Part shown: piece by piece, positions 12,391-23,549 of the stretch | Numbering within the stretch: position 1 is the first letter of the stretch | Layout: every line of letters starts with the position of its first letter | DNA from: Glaucostegus cemiculus | Taxonomy: Eukaryota | Assembly: GCA_976551045.1 (NCBI GenBank) | Contig: CDPCPM010000421.1 | Span: 744,001-808,000 of the forward strand | Length of the DNA: 64,000 nucleotides | Direction: 5' to 3' | The notes under the pieces: model-generated | Database searches by the model: none | Told to the model about the DNA's origin: nothing | What the model saw: the letters and a program-made list of their open reading frames with translations, nothing else | Translations under genes and position numbers: made by a program

Positions 12391-15300
12391 TGATTAGTCG
12401 CCATGAGGAACTGTATTTTTTGTGCATTTTTCCATTGCTCTCAGGCATTGACTGTTGCCTTACATTCTGCTCAACTTTCATCTGAGAATTGCATAACTTG
12501 ATCCCTTGTATTTCCCAGTGCAATGCTTGTATGCATTGAAGATCAGAGATATAGATCCTGTTAATAATCCTGTGATGTGAAGAGTTATTCATTTATGTTA
12601 CTTCTGGGTAATTTTTGCAACAATCTGAAAAAAAAGGGGATATCTTTTATCCATCAACAATTAAGCATCCACTTTTTGGTTAGGCCTATAGTTTACTATG
12701 ACTGAAAATGTGACTTTGCCTTTATGACTATTATTTTGTTCTCCTTGTTTGTCACTTGCAAATTCTTCAGCATTCCACTGTCAAGATCTGAAATCACTTC
12801 AGTTTTCCCAATTTGTGATTTCTAAAATTTACTTTATATATCAGCCTTTATTTAGATTTCTACTGTAAAATTCATTCAATGTTGCTTCCATCATTTAAAA
12901 ATGCAAGCAGCAAGGATCAGCCATGAGGTCCCTCAAGTCTGCTCCATTTGCAAAATGTCATAGCTGATCCTCTGACTCAAGTCAACTCTCCCCACTCCCC
13001 ATACATGGAGTCTAGAAATCCATCAATTCTGGGACTGAACAGACTTAATAACTAGGCCTTTGCAGTCCTTGAGATTGAGAATTCCAAACATGCACAATCA
13101 ATTGAATGAAGACATTTCTCGTCATCAGTCCTAAATGACCCTCTTCTTATCCCAAGACACCTAACCCCAATTCTAGGGAAATACAAGGACAGACTTACAA
13201 GGCAAAACACAAATTCACGATATGTGCTGGCGACAGTTCACTTGCAATAAAATTATACCAAACTCAAACTCAGTGTAAATGCAGTCAGATCAGAAACTTG
13301 TTTCCTCAGCTGCTGGGGTAGCTATTTACAAAGTACATCCATTCTCCCAAGCTTATTGTTGTTTCAATACAACCTTGACCACCTTGTTACTCATGGTTAT
13401 ATATCAACATTTGTCAATAAAGCTACCAATAACCCATGAAAATGTAAACATCTGACTTACTTTCAAGAGAAGATTTTGCAAGTAATGGTTGCACCAATGC
13501 TAACCACATGCACAAATAAATACTAAAGAAAATCATGTTATACCCTGATTATTTTAAAAAGATAAAGTTGAAAATAATTGCATACTGGAAATTAGGGATA
13601 AAGATTAGAGGGTGGATGTGAATTTTGAACCTACCCCATTTTGATATAAAATTGCTGGAAGCACTCAGCAAATCAGGCAGCATCTGTGGAGAGAGAAACA
13701 TAGTTAATATTTTAGGTCAAAGACCTTTCATTAGAATGGCAATATGAGAAAAAAAAAGGCATGTTTTATGAATCAGAGGAAGAGGTAGCTGAGGAGAACA
13801 ACGTGAAAATCTATGATCAGTTAACACAAATGTCATACATAGTTATTCTAGCAAATTTTCACTAATTCAGAAGGGAACAAGCAATCTCTGCAATGGTATG
13901 GATACAGGGGACCCCTATGGGGGTGGCAGGGTTGCTTTCCTCGAAAATCTGTAATCATGAGTTTGTAATGTGAAGCTGTATCATCCACACAAACTTCAAT
14001 AAACACAAATAAATTGTGTGTTTAAATTCTTTCTTTCTCCCCCACATAAACTTTGAGAGGGTGAACTTTATTACGTATCTCAAATTTTTGGGTTGCAATT
14101 GTAAATTCTTCCCTTACATGAACGCCCATAACACAGAGGTCGCCTGTAGCTTGCAAGAGACGAGACAGACGATGGTTCAGGTGTACGTTCTATCATTTCA
14201 GGCATCTGGTTTGGTTTCTCATTGACAACATTTCTGAGATGCTATTTATCTACGCTCCTTTTCAGAACTTCCATAAATTAAAATGATAGGGGTTATATTT
14301 GCCTCTGATTTGCACTGTTTGGACTTTTTGTTTGATGACCCATTGGCAGTAAGATTATTATCTATAATTGACTTGGAAAGATCTTTTAACGTGCATTCAT
14401 ATACTCCTTGTTCAGTCTGTAATAATTAATGTTTAGTTTCGTAGAAGCTGAACACATCAGTATATTGTAATTATCTAGTTTTTTTTCTTGAACTAATTTA
14501 ACTCTCATGTTTTGTCCCTATTCCCACTGAAAGGACCTTCATATATGTCTCTTGCATTTTGAAAATTTTTTTATGAATTGTGGTTCAAATAACAAGAGTT
14601 ATTCAATAATTCAGGATATTATGTTTGTTTCATGTTTACCTGGAATTACACTTAATTATATTCTTCACAGGTCTCATACAAAAGGCAACAGTGCATTCAT
14701 ATCTGATGAATTTTCATTTGATACCACACTTCGGCCTACATCAGTTTTAAAATATTTTTTTCAGTTTGATAAGAGTATCAAAATGGCTCCATTATGCACT
14801 TCATCTATTGAAAGTCACAAAGTAATGCAGCTTTAAGAACAAAATTTATTGTTTTCAAGACTTGGTTTAGTTTTGTAACCTATAATTACATTTTTAAATA
14901 CAATTAAAGAACATCTTTATATGGTCAACCTGGTGATGCTTCATGTTACTTAAAGGAGTTATAGTTCTGAATTAACATCCCCCATTGCAGTAGGTACCTT
15001 TCTCATTACTGAGGTTTCTTTTGTACTACTCTTGCAGCTGAATACTTTGGAAAACATGCATATTGTTGGACTTTAAAATCTTTAAAGCACTGGTCACAGT
15101 GGTTCCTTCAATCACTGGTTTTACTGAATTGGCCTCAATACGGTATTCATACAGCACCTCGTGTAGCTGACAGATTCGGGGTCCTGTGTTGCTTTCCACA
15201 AAGTAGCAGTGAAGGTCAGAATGTATTGTTCACGCCTCCACACACTTGAACAACAGCTGCTTATTGTTAGAAGAAGAATGGGAGAACCAACTCTCTGATT

Positions 15301-15734
15301 AGGCCAGTGAGCAGCTGAGTCACAAATCCAAAGTTTGATTTTTAAACTCCACTGAATTAACACATCTCAGTTCAAACCACTTTTTAAGGATAGAGTAGTT
15401 TAGCTTCATTACCTCAGCTTGGGATGAAAACTGGGCCAGCTGCTGTAATTATGCATTCTCTTAACAGTAACCTGGTTGTCCATGCAACCTGAATTCACAA
15501 ATGCAAGTGGTTACTTGAATGAGATAGCGGAGGTATAATTGTCCCCCTTTGTAAATTAGGAGAGAAAAATAATCTCGCGGTTTCAATCTGAGAAGTTTCG
15601 AGAAGTGTGGCTTTGGGGCAAAATACAGACATCCCAAGTAATCAGAGTTTTTCTTCCAGAGACTGTGCCACAGCATTTACACTGAGAGTATTTCCAAGTC
15701 AGATTGTTGACTTCTTTCTCTTCATTCTTTATTC

Positions 15735-16085
15735 ATTCACAGGGTGCCAGTGTCGTTTGCAAGGCCATCTTTTTTTACCCATTCTTACTTGCATTTGAAC
15801 TATATTAATTGTTTGGTCACTTCAGAGAGCAGTTTAGTGTTAACCACATTGCTTTTGGGTCTGGATTCACATCTGGGAAGGACCCAAGGACAGCAGATTG
15901 TCATCCCAAATGAACATTGGTCAAACAGGTGAGGTTTTGGGACAATCTAGTAGTTTCAGAAATATTGTTACTGGGAGCAGCTTTTCATTTCAGATTTATT
16001 TAAATGAATGTGGTGGAGCTTGAACTCGTCTTCAGATCATTAGGCAAGAACCCTAGATTATTAATTTAGTTACATAATGTCTGCC
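15735..16085 (-). mobile_element. Dispersed SINE-like repeat (second copy at 52770-53130)
   Basis: Shared motifs GGGTCTG.A.TCACA..T.GG, CATT.GT.AA.CAG.T, ACAATC.AGTAGTTT, TTGAACTC. Confidence 0.6.
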
Positions 16086-16256
16086 CCATTCAGTTCAGTT
16101 TTGTTTAAAATTTCATTATTTACTTGTTTCTAATTAAGTGGTGTAATGGGTTTTCACTATATCTGTCATGATATTCCCTTAATTTCTTTTTAAATGTTTT
16201 ATTTCAATAAATTTTAAATGTCTCTGTAAAAGCAGCCTTCAACAACATGATCCATT

Positions 16257-16286
16257 GGGGTGGGGTGGGGTGGGGTGGGGTGGGGT
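16257..16286 (+). repeat. (GGGGT)6 microsatellite
   Basis: Read directly from the sequence. Confidence 0.9.
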
Positions 16287-16957
16287 TGGCGCAGGCACAA
16301 GCCCTGGTCATCCTTTGTGGCTGCTGCATTTAATGGAAGAGCCACAGCATAGAGACCTCCAGCCTGGCCCAAGCTGCAGATAGCACAGCAGGTAGGCACA
16401 GGCATGGCATTAGCAAGGGAACCAAGAGTGTGTGACAGATATGATGGAGCACAATCTGCCCCAATGATTTTATTCCAGAGTACATACTAAATCAACTATT
16501 ATCTCTGTGGACATAATATTGTAAATGGGTAATAATATCCTGACCAAAGAATTGCACAGCATCTCTGACCCATTTCCATAATCCTAGCAGGTTTTCTCAG
16601 TTACAAAATTATGTCCATTAATTGTCCTAATCTTATTTGTGCAGTTCTGAGAAACTCAGGAAATGGCTCCAAGTTTTCTAATCAGCCTTCACTGATAAGA
16701 ATGTTTAAATTCCAGCTTCATTTTAAAGTTAAATCTCACTATTAAAATTTAATGACCATGCGAAGTCATATTGACAATAAAGAATTGTGTACAATGCTCA
16801 CTTCTAGGGTGTTTCACTGTTGTGAGTTGGTTACGTTCAGACTGAATTCAATCCACATCTATCCTTTAATTGCAGTATCAATAAGAGGTGAAGCTACCTC
16901 ACACCAATACTATGAATTTAGTATTAATGCACCCATAAATAGAACATCTATTTTTAA

Positions 16958-17122
16958 CAACAAACAACCTGCTGGGGGAAGTCAGTGGATTGAGCAGCAT
17001 CTATGAGGGGAGAGGAATTGTCAACTTTTCTTCCCCCTGCCAGATGTTGCTCAACCTGCTGAGTTCCTCCAGCAGATTGTTTGTTGCTCCAGATTCCGGC
17101 ATCAGCAGTTTCTTGTGTTTCC
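16958..17122. mobile_element. Fold-back element made of inverted Penelope-like terminal repeats
   Basis: CAACAAACAACCTGCTGG...GAGCAGCATCT is inverted against AGATGTTGCTCAACCTGCTGAGTTCCTCCAGCAGATTGTTTGTTG. Confidence 0.65.
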
Positions 17123-17599
17123 ATTGATTTTTAACAATGCTTTCATTTTCTTCTGCATACATCAACAATTTACCTTGCATAACTTGCTTGCAAGTTCTTT
17201 CCACATCTGAACCAGAACACACTAGCAGAAAGGCCAGTAACCCCTCATTACATACTCCTAGACATGGTCTTCTTTGTCTAAGGATGGATTAATTTTCACA
17301 GAGCTTCCAAAAAATTTCAAGGACTTCCCTCTTCTTCCATTACTTTGAGAAACAGTGCTGAAATCTATCAAATGGGTGACTTCAAACTATGAAGATAATT
17401 GCATGAAGCGTTTTCACCTGTGAGATGAATGGTTTCAATCATGGTTTTTGATTAATTAGCTTTAGAGAATAACAACAGTAAGCAAGAATGTACAAAATTC
17501 ACTTCCTTATGTCAAAAACACACAGAAAAAATGTCAAATTGTTTTCCATTTCTAAAACATTATTATTTGAAGTTTAGAAACTAGTTTGCATGCTATTTA

Positions 17600-17775
17600 A
17601 AATAATAACAGAAAATGCTGGAAATACTCAGCAGGTCAGGCTGCATCTGTGGGATGAGAAACAGACTTAATGATTAACTTGGATTCACTTCCCATAGATG
17701 CAGCCTGACCTGATGAGTATTTTCTTTTAGCATTTTCTGTTTTTATTTTAGATTTTCAGCATCTGTAGTTTTATT
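17600..17775. mobile_element. Fold-back element made of inverted Penelope-like terminal repeats
   Basis: ACAGAAAATGCTGGAAATACTCAGCAGGTCAGGCTGCATCTGTGGGA is inverted against TCCCATAGATGCAGCCTGACCTGATGAGTATTT...GCATTTTCTGT. Confidence 0.7.
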
Positions 17776-18132
17776 GATTTGCACGTTATTTGTCTGATCC
17801 TTTTGGAATAGGTATAGATAAAGACACAAAGTCAAATCCTATGTTTATTTGCTGAATACATCTTAGGAGTTACTATTAATTTTTTTTGTCAGTAAGCACA
17901 ACCTATTTTACTGAGTTGGATACAACTGTAAATGAAAGGCTAACTTATTTTCTGGATTCCTTATGTTCATTTCCATCACACTGTTTTTTTCTGTATTTGT
18001 GTATCATTATTTTTCAGTGCTGTAGAGTTTTGACAACTTGTATCTAACGATTCTGAAGCCAGAACTAAAAGTGCAAGTTACTGTGATCAGGTAAATGATC
18101 ACATTAACTTGCACTTATGTTAATCGTCTATA

Positions 18133-18410
18133 TAAGATAAGATATTTATTTATTAGTCACATGTACATCAAAACACATAGTGAAATGCATCTTTTTGCAT
18201 TACTGAGAACGTGCTGGGGACAGCCCGCAAGTGTTGCCACTCTTCCGGCACCAACGTAGCATGCCCACAGCTCCCAACCTGTACATGTTTGGAATATGGG
18301 AGGAAGCCAGAGCACCTGGAGGAAACCCATGCAGGCAAGGGGCGAACGTACAAAACCTGGGTTGCTGGTGCTGTAATAGCGTTATGCTAACTGCTTCACC
18401 ACTGTGTCAT
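18133..18410 (-). mobile_element. V-SINE-related SINE with (TAAGA)n tail
   Basis: TAAGATAAGATATTT tail and a CATGTTTGGAATATGGGAGGAAGCCAGAGCACCTGGAGGAAACCCA V-domain-like core. Confidence 0.65.
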
Positions 18411-18729
18411 GTGGGCAATTGTTAAAAAAAATTCTGCCTCTTGTCTGTCAACTGAGTAGAATTTTGGGTGTTCTCATAACCAGCAAACAAAAGATGTAGA
18501 TGTTGGAAATTTGGTAAAGAAAGTGCTGGAAATACGTTTAAGCAAAATCAATGAATGGAAGAAAGTATTAACATTTTAGATACATGCTCCAATTCTTCTT
18601 ATTAAAGATCTTTGACAAAAGTTAATCCATTTGACTTTCTCCTTCTTGTTAAATGTTTCCAACATTTTCTGTATTTTACATATCTAGTCCTATATTCTTA
18701 AGCACTCACCCAGTCTGCACTGGATTTCT

Positions 18730-19400
18730 CCAATTGTGAATGTCGAATGCAGTTCACTAGATTAAAAGAAAAGTGAGTGAATCACTACGTCACTTGGAAG
18801 GACTGCTGGGCCCTGGTCAGTGCAAAGGGAAGAGATAAAAGGTTGTGTATTGCATCTTCTGCAGTTGTACAGGAAGGTGGGGTAGAAAGGGGAGTAGTTG
18901 CTCTCACCCCCTTCCTTCCTGAGCAGAGCAAGGACAGAATTCTCCTGGCCCTCAACTTCACCACCACCCTCCACATGCCATCTGCTTCAATGAGATTCCA
19001 CCTTCAGACACATCATTTTCTCCCCTTTCACCATTTCAAAGGGACCATTGTCTTTGTGACTCACTAGCTCACTCTTCTGTCCTCACCCACCACTTCCCTT
19101 CTAATAGCACTTCCTCAGGCAACCACAGAAGATACAATTCACTTGAACATTTCCTATCTTCGTCTTCACAATGTGGTCTCGTCTACACTGGAGAAACCAA
19201 ACATAGATTCAGGCTTCCATTGCTGGCCATATTAATTCTCCATTCTTCTCCCACTCTGACTTACCTGTCTGTGGTCTCTGTACTGTTAAGATGAGGCACA
19301 ATGAAAGCATGAGGCACAGCACCTCATCTTCCACCTGAACATATTCCAGCATTCTGGAATCCATATTGAATCCTATAACTTCAGGTAGCCCACTCTCTCT
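18730..19400 (+). mobile_element. Decayed Penelope-like retroelement (RT-EN linker and GIY-YIG region)
   Basis: ALTPFLPEQSKDRILLAL linker-like peptide and TCACAATGTGGTCTCGTCTACACTGGAGAAACC (SQCGLVYTGET, a GIY-YIG YIGET-type motif). Confidence 0.7.
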
Positions 19401-19459
19401 GTAGCAGGACTGCTTTAAATCATCAATCTATGATATTGGCTCAGTCTGACCCACTGACC

Positions 19460-20222
19460 AGTTTACCTGGATCTTGATCAGTTAGGGAAGTGGGCCAAAG
19501 AGTGGCAAAAGGATTTCAATATAGATAGGTGTGAGGTGATGCATTTTGGAATGTCAAACCAACATAGGACTTAGATGATGAATGGTAGGGCACTAGGGAG
19601 TGTAATGAAACAGAGGGACCCAGGAGTACAAATGCATAGCATAGCACAGCACCACAGATAGACACAGTGCTGAAAAAGGCATTTAGCATGTTGGCCTTCA
19701 TTAGTCAAGGCACTGAGTATAGTAGTTGGGACACTATGCTGCATTTGTACAAGTCGTTGGTGAGGCTGCACTTAGAGTACCATGTACAGTTTTGTTATAG
19801 GAAAGATGTGGTTAAACTGGAAAGTGTGAAGAAAAGATTTACAAGGATGCTGCCAGGGCTAGAGGCCCTGAGTTATAGGAAGAGGTTGACCAGGCTTGGT
19901 CTTTATTCCTTGAAGCAATGAGGGGAAATCTTATAGAGGTTTATGAAAGCATAGATAAGGTGGATGGTAGCAGTCTTCTCCCCAGGATAGGGGAGTCCAA
20001 AACTAGGGGGCATAGATTTAGGGAATAAGCTGCCAGACAAAGTGGTTGAGGCAGGTACAATAGTATTACTAAAGAAGCACTTGGATAGGTACATGTAGAA
20101 GCGGGACTTAGAGGGATATGGCCAGAATGCGGGAAATTGGGACAAGATAGATGGGCACCATGGTCACCATGGACTTGTTAGGCCAAAGAGCGGTATCTGT
20201 GCAGTATTGCTCTATGACTCTA
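19460..20222 (+). mobile_element. CR1-like LINE 3' fragment
   Basis: DLDQLGKWAKEWQ...RCEVMHFG and LYKSLVRLHLEYHVQFCYRKDVVKLESVKKRFTRMLPGLEALSYRKRLTRLGLYSL, with a CTCTATGACTCTATG tail. Confidence 0.85.
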
Positions 20223-20470
20223 TGGCCCCTATACCTTATACCCTTAGCAACCTTGGCCTCATCAGAGATATTCCCTTTGTTCTATCCATCCTTCTATTCT
20301 GTCTTAAATTCAAAACCAATTAGTAACTTAAAACTAATTTGTTCTTTGTCTTCCCCCATTCTGACAACATTAACTCTGTTCTTCTTTCCACCGATTCTGC
20401 CTGACATGTTGAGGATTTCCAGCACTTCCTGTCTTTTTGTTTTAATTTGGATTACCATCATCTGCAATTT
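20223..20470 (+). mobile_element. Penelope-like terminal fragment
   Basis: ATTAACTCTGTT...GATTCTGCCTGACATGTTGAGGATTTCCAGCACTTCCTGT, the same motif family as 17600-17775. Confidence 0.55.
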
Positions 20471-21479
20471 GAAAAACTTGACTTCTGCATAGATCCTGGT
20501 TTTGAATACACTCAGTAACTCAACCTCCATAGCTCTCTGGGATGGAGATTTCCAATGATTCACAGCCCTCTTAAGGGAAGGAATTCCTCATAATCTCAAT
20601 CTGAAGTGGCTGATCCTTAAATTCTGTCTTCTACTTTTAGATTTAGAATTCCACGATTCAGAGTATTTTGATTTAGCCTTTTGATTCCATATTGTCTTGT
20701 GTTAGAGCTGCCAAGCTAATTTATAATAAAAATAAATGATGCAATATGAACTTGGACTATTTCCTATTGCTGACCAAATTAACTCACCTGCAGAATTTGC
20801 ATTGGCATTCTGGAGTTGCAAGGAGTGTTTTTCTACAGAGGAAGAAGATTCCATTGGAAGATCATGAAGAATGGTTGAGCAAGACCTAGTAGCAGATTTT
20901 AAACAGTGTTTTAATTGAATAACTTTTTAAACAATCTTTCCAATCACATTAATTTTGAAAAATTTTGTAAATTCTTTCCAAAAGATGTTGTAAAGTCATA
21001 AAAGCTTGTTCATTTAAACATAATCCTAATAATATTTCCAATAACTTACTAAAGAGACTTCTTAAAATCTTTCCATTGCCATATTTTTTTCAGAAACACT
21101 TCCCAAGTTTTTCCATGTATCTTAAAATCTTCACAAAAGTTTATTAATTTGGAAGTTAAGAAACTTGCTAAAAGTTTTAAGAAGTGGTAAATCATTTTTG
21201 TGAATTTCTAAAATGTTTTGGAGAATACTTACACACTGCTTACCTCTTTAAACAGTTCAGATTATTTTTGGGGGATATACTTTTTGATCTTGTGGGTGGG
21301 TCTAGGTTTGACTGTGTAAGGTGATGCCAGATTTTTTGTCCCTGAATGAAATAACAAAACAAAGGGAAAGTCACAGAATATTCTAAAATATTTTGTCCAG
21401 GTTCTTGCCTGGAAAATTGCTCAAGATGAATGGACAGACTTTAGTGAGGTTGATGTTATGAACTCCAGGTAAGTAAAAC

Positions 21480-21855
21480 CAGAAACATGCACTTAGTAGT
21501 TTTGTAACATCCCAAAGCACCATTCAGCCAAAGAAATTAATATTAAATGTAGTCAATGTTGCAGTGTTAGAAGTTGCCAACACGCACACAGCAGGGTGCC
21601 ACAAACAGCAACCTGACATTGACCAGATAATCCATATCGCTGGGCATATATTGGCAAGGACTTGGAGGACAATTTCACTGCTTTTGTTTGAATAGTGGCA
21701 TGGAATCTTTTGTGCCTACCTTCGAGAGCAGATGTGGCTTCGGGATAGAGTCCCAAGCCAAAAACAGCACCTCAAACATTGCAGCACTCTCTCAGTATTG
21801 TGCTGGTGTCAGCTTAGATCTTGGCCTCAGATCTCTCAAGTGGGACTTGATCTGT
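21480..21855 (-). mobile_element. Deu-domain SINE (SacSINE1/AmnSINE1-like)
   Basis: GTAGTCAATGTTGCAGTGT...GCACACAGCAGG..GCCACAAACAGCAA...TGACCAGATAATC...GAATAGTGGCATGGAATCTTT resembles the reverse complement of the Deu domain as I recall it. Confidence 0.6.
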
Positions 21856-21864
21856 AACATGATT

Positions 21865-22200
21865 CAGAGACATAGAGACATGCAACACAGGAACAGGCCC
21901 TTCAGGCCACCAAGTCTGCGCCAACCATCAAGCATGCACTTACACCAATCCTGCAGGAATGCCATTTCATTCTCCACACATTCCCATCAACTATCCAGAG
22001 ATTCTACCATTCATCTATGCACCAGGTGCAATTTAGTTACCAATTAGCCTACTTTGGTGGGAATACAGAGCACCCAGAGTAAACCCACACAGTCACAGAG
22101 TGAATGTACAAACTCCACACAGACATCACTGGCAGTCAGGATTAAACCCAGGTCACTGGAACTGTGAGACAGCAGCTCCACTGCCTACTGTGCTGCCCTA
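21865..22200 (-). mobile_element. V-SINE (HE1-like) copy; last clear TE before the ONECUT1 domain
   Basis: CAGAGCACCCAGAGTAAACCCACACAGTCACAG...CAAACTCCACACAGACA core with tRNA-like head and CR1-like tail. Confidence 0.78.
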
Positions 22201-23549
22201 GAACGCAAGGTGCTGTGGTCTGAAATGAAGCTAATTGTAATGTTTACATTAAAATAAAAAAAACCCAAAAAGACCATATACATTTAAAGTGCTGGAAAAT
22301 CCAACATTTTATTTACTACATTTTGTGACTACATAAACGCTGAAACATTTTAACACTGAAAAAGCATGATGACATCATCACTTGCTTTTTTGCTTAGCAA
22401 ACACAGCAGATGATATTGCACGGCATATAGTGAGAACATTAGCAAAGCTTCAAAACTAAATTAAATTTTCTTAACGCAGTACAGGAAAGATACTTAGAAA
22501 CAAACCAGAATAATGCCTATTGCATTACACTCGCAGCTAGCACAAAAATACATAAGAAGCGCTTGACTAAGAGAAAGATTGACAAAATATCAGCAATAAA
22601 CTGTAATCATATACAAGAATCACTTAGTTGGAAATGCAGATGCAAACGCATAAACTACTACCGCTTTCTAATTTGCAAAATGTCAGCAAATTGTCTTATA
22701 TCAAAACCTTTTTTTTTAAAGCTTTTCTGATTTCATTGCTATGGAAGAACTTCCTCTGGCTCTTGGAAGAGATACTATTAACTATGCACCCTTCACCTGT
22801 TGATTGTCTTAGGCGCTCTCTTTTAGGTATTAACTCCAAGGCAATCTAACTTGAAAGCGGAAGTGCAAAAATGCTGTCCAATTAACTTTTCTCGAATCAA
22901 GGAACAATAAAGCTGAAAGTGTGCATTATTGATGACAAGAAGCACGGTTGAATTTCTTGGACAAAAGAGGGAAGAGGTTGTGTAAATCCAGTCTGCAATG
23001 CACCACCAACGTTTGCTGTTACTTGTTGGTGTTAACTGTTAAATTATTAGTCGCAATATGTTATTACTACTGAGAAATTACTAATGCAACTCCATCAGTT
23101 GCTTTGTATATTTGATCATTAAACTCGCGTTGTAACATATGTTGGTTACATCCTGTGGTTTACTTCATTCCAACGATGTATCTGGCAATATCTTACAGCT
23201 TAGTTTATTAGTGCAGTTTAAAATTGCGCTGTGTATTGCACGGTTGGAATTTATCTACATAAAAAATCACCAACCCCACACATTTTCAGTTTATTATTAG
23301 TCTAATGTCTAGGAAAATTCAGCGGACTAAAGGTAACATCCAACCATCTTGATTGATATAATTGTCAAACTGAAGGAGGTTAGTTAAATGTTCCCGATTA
23401 ATCAGTGGCGCTCATTTGCATGATCTCAGACTCCAGAGTCCAACATCACTGTTTATTATTAGTTAAATAAACATGTTTCTGGAAAACAAGGACTATCAGA
23501 CAGAAGTAATTGGTTTAAAAGATAGATAAATACAGGTTAAAATGCTGGT

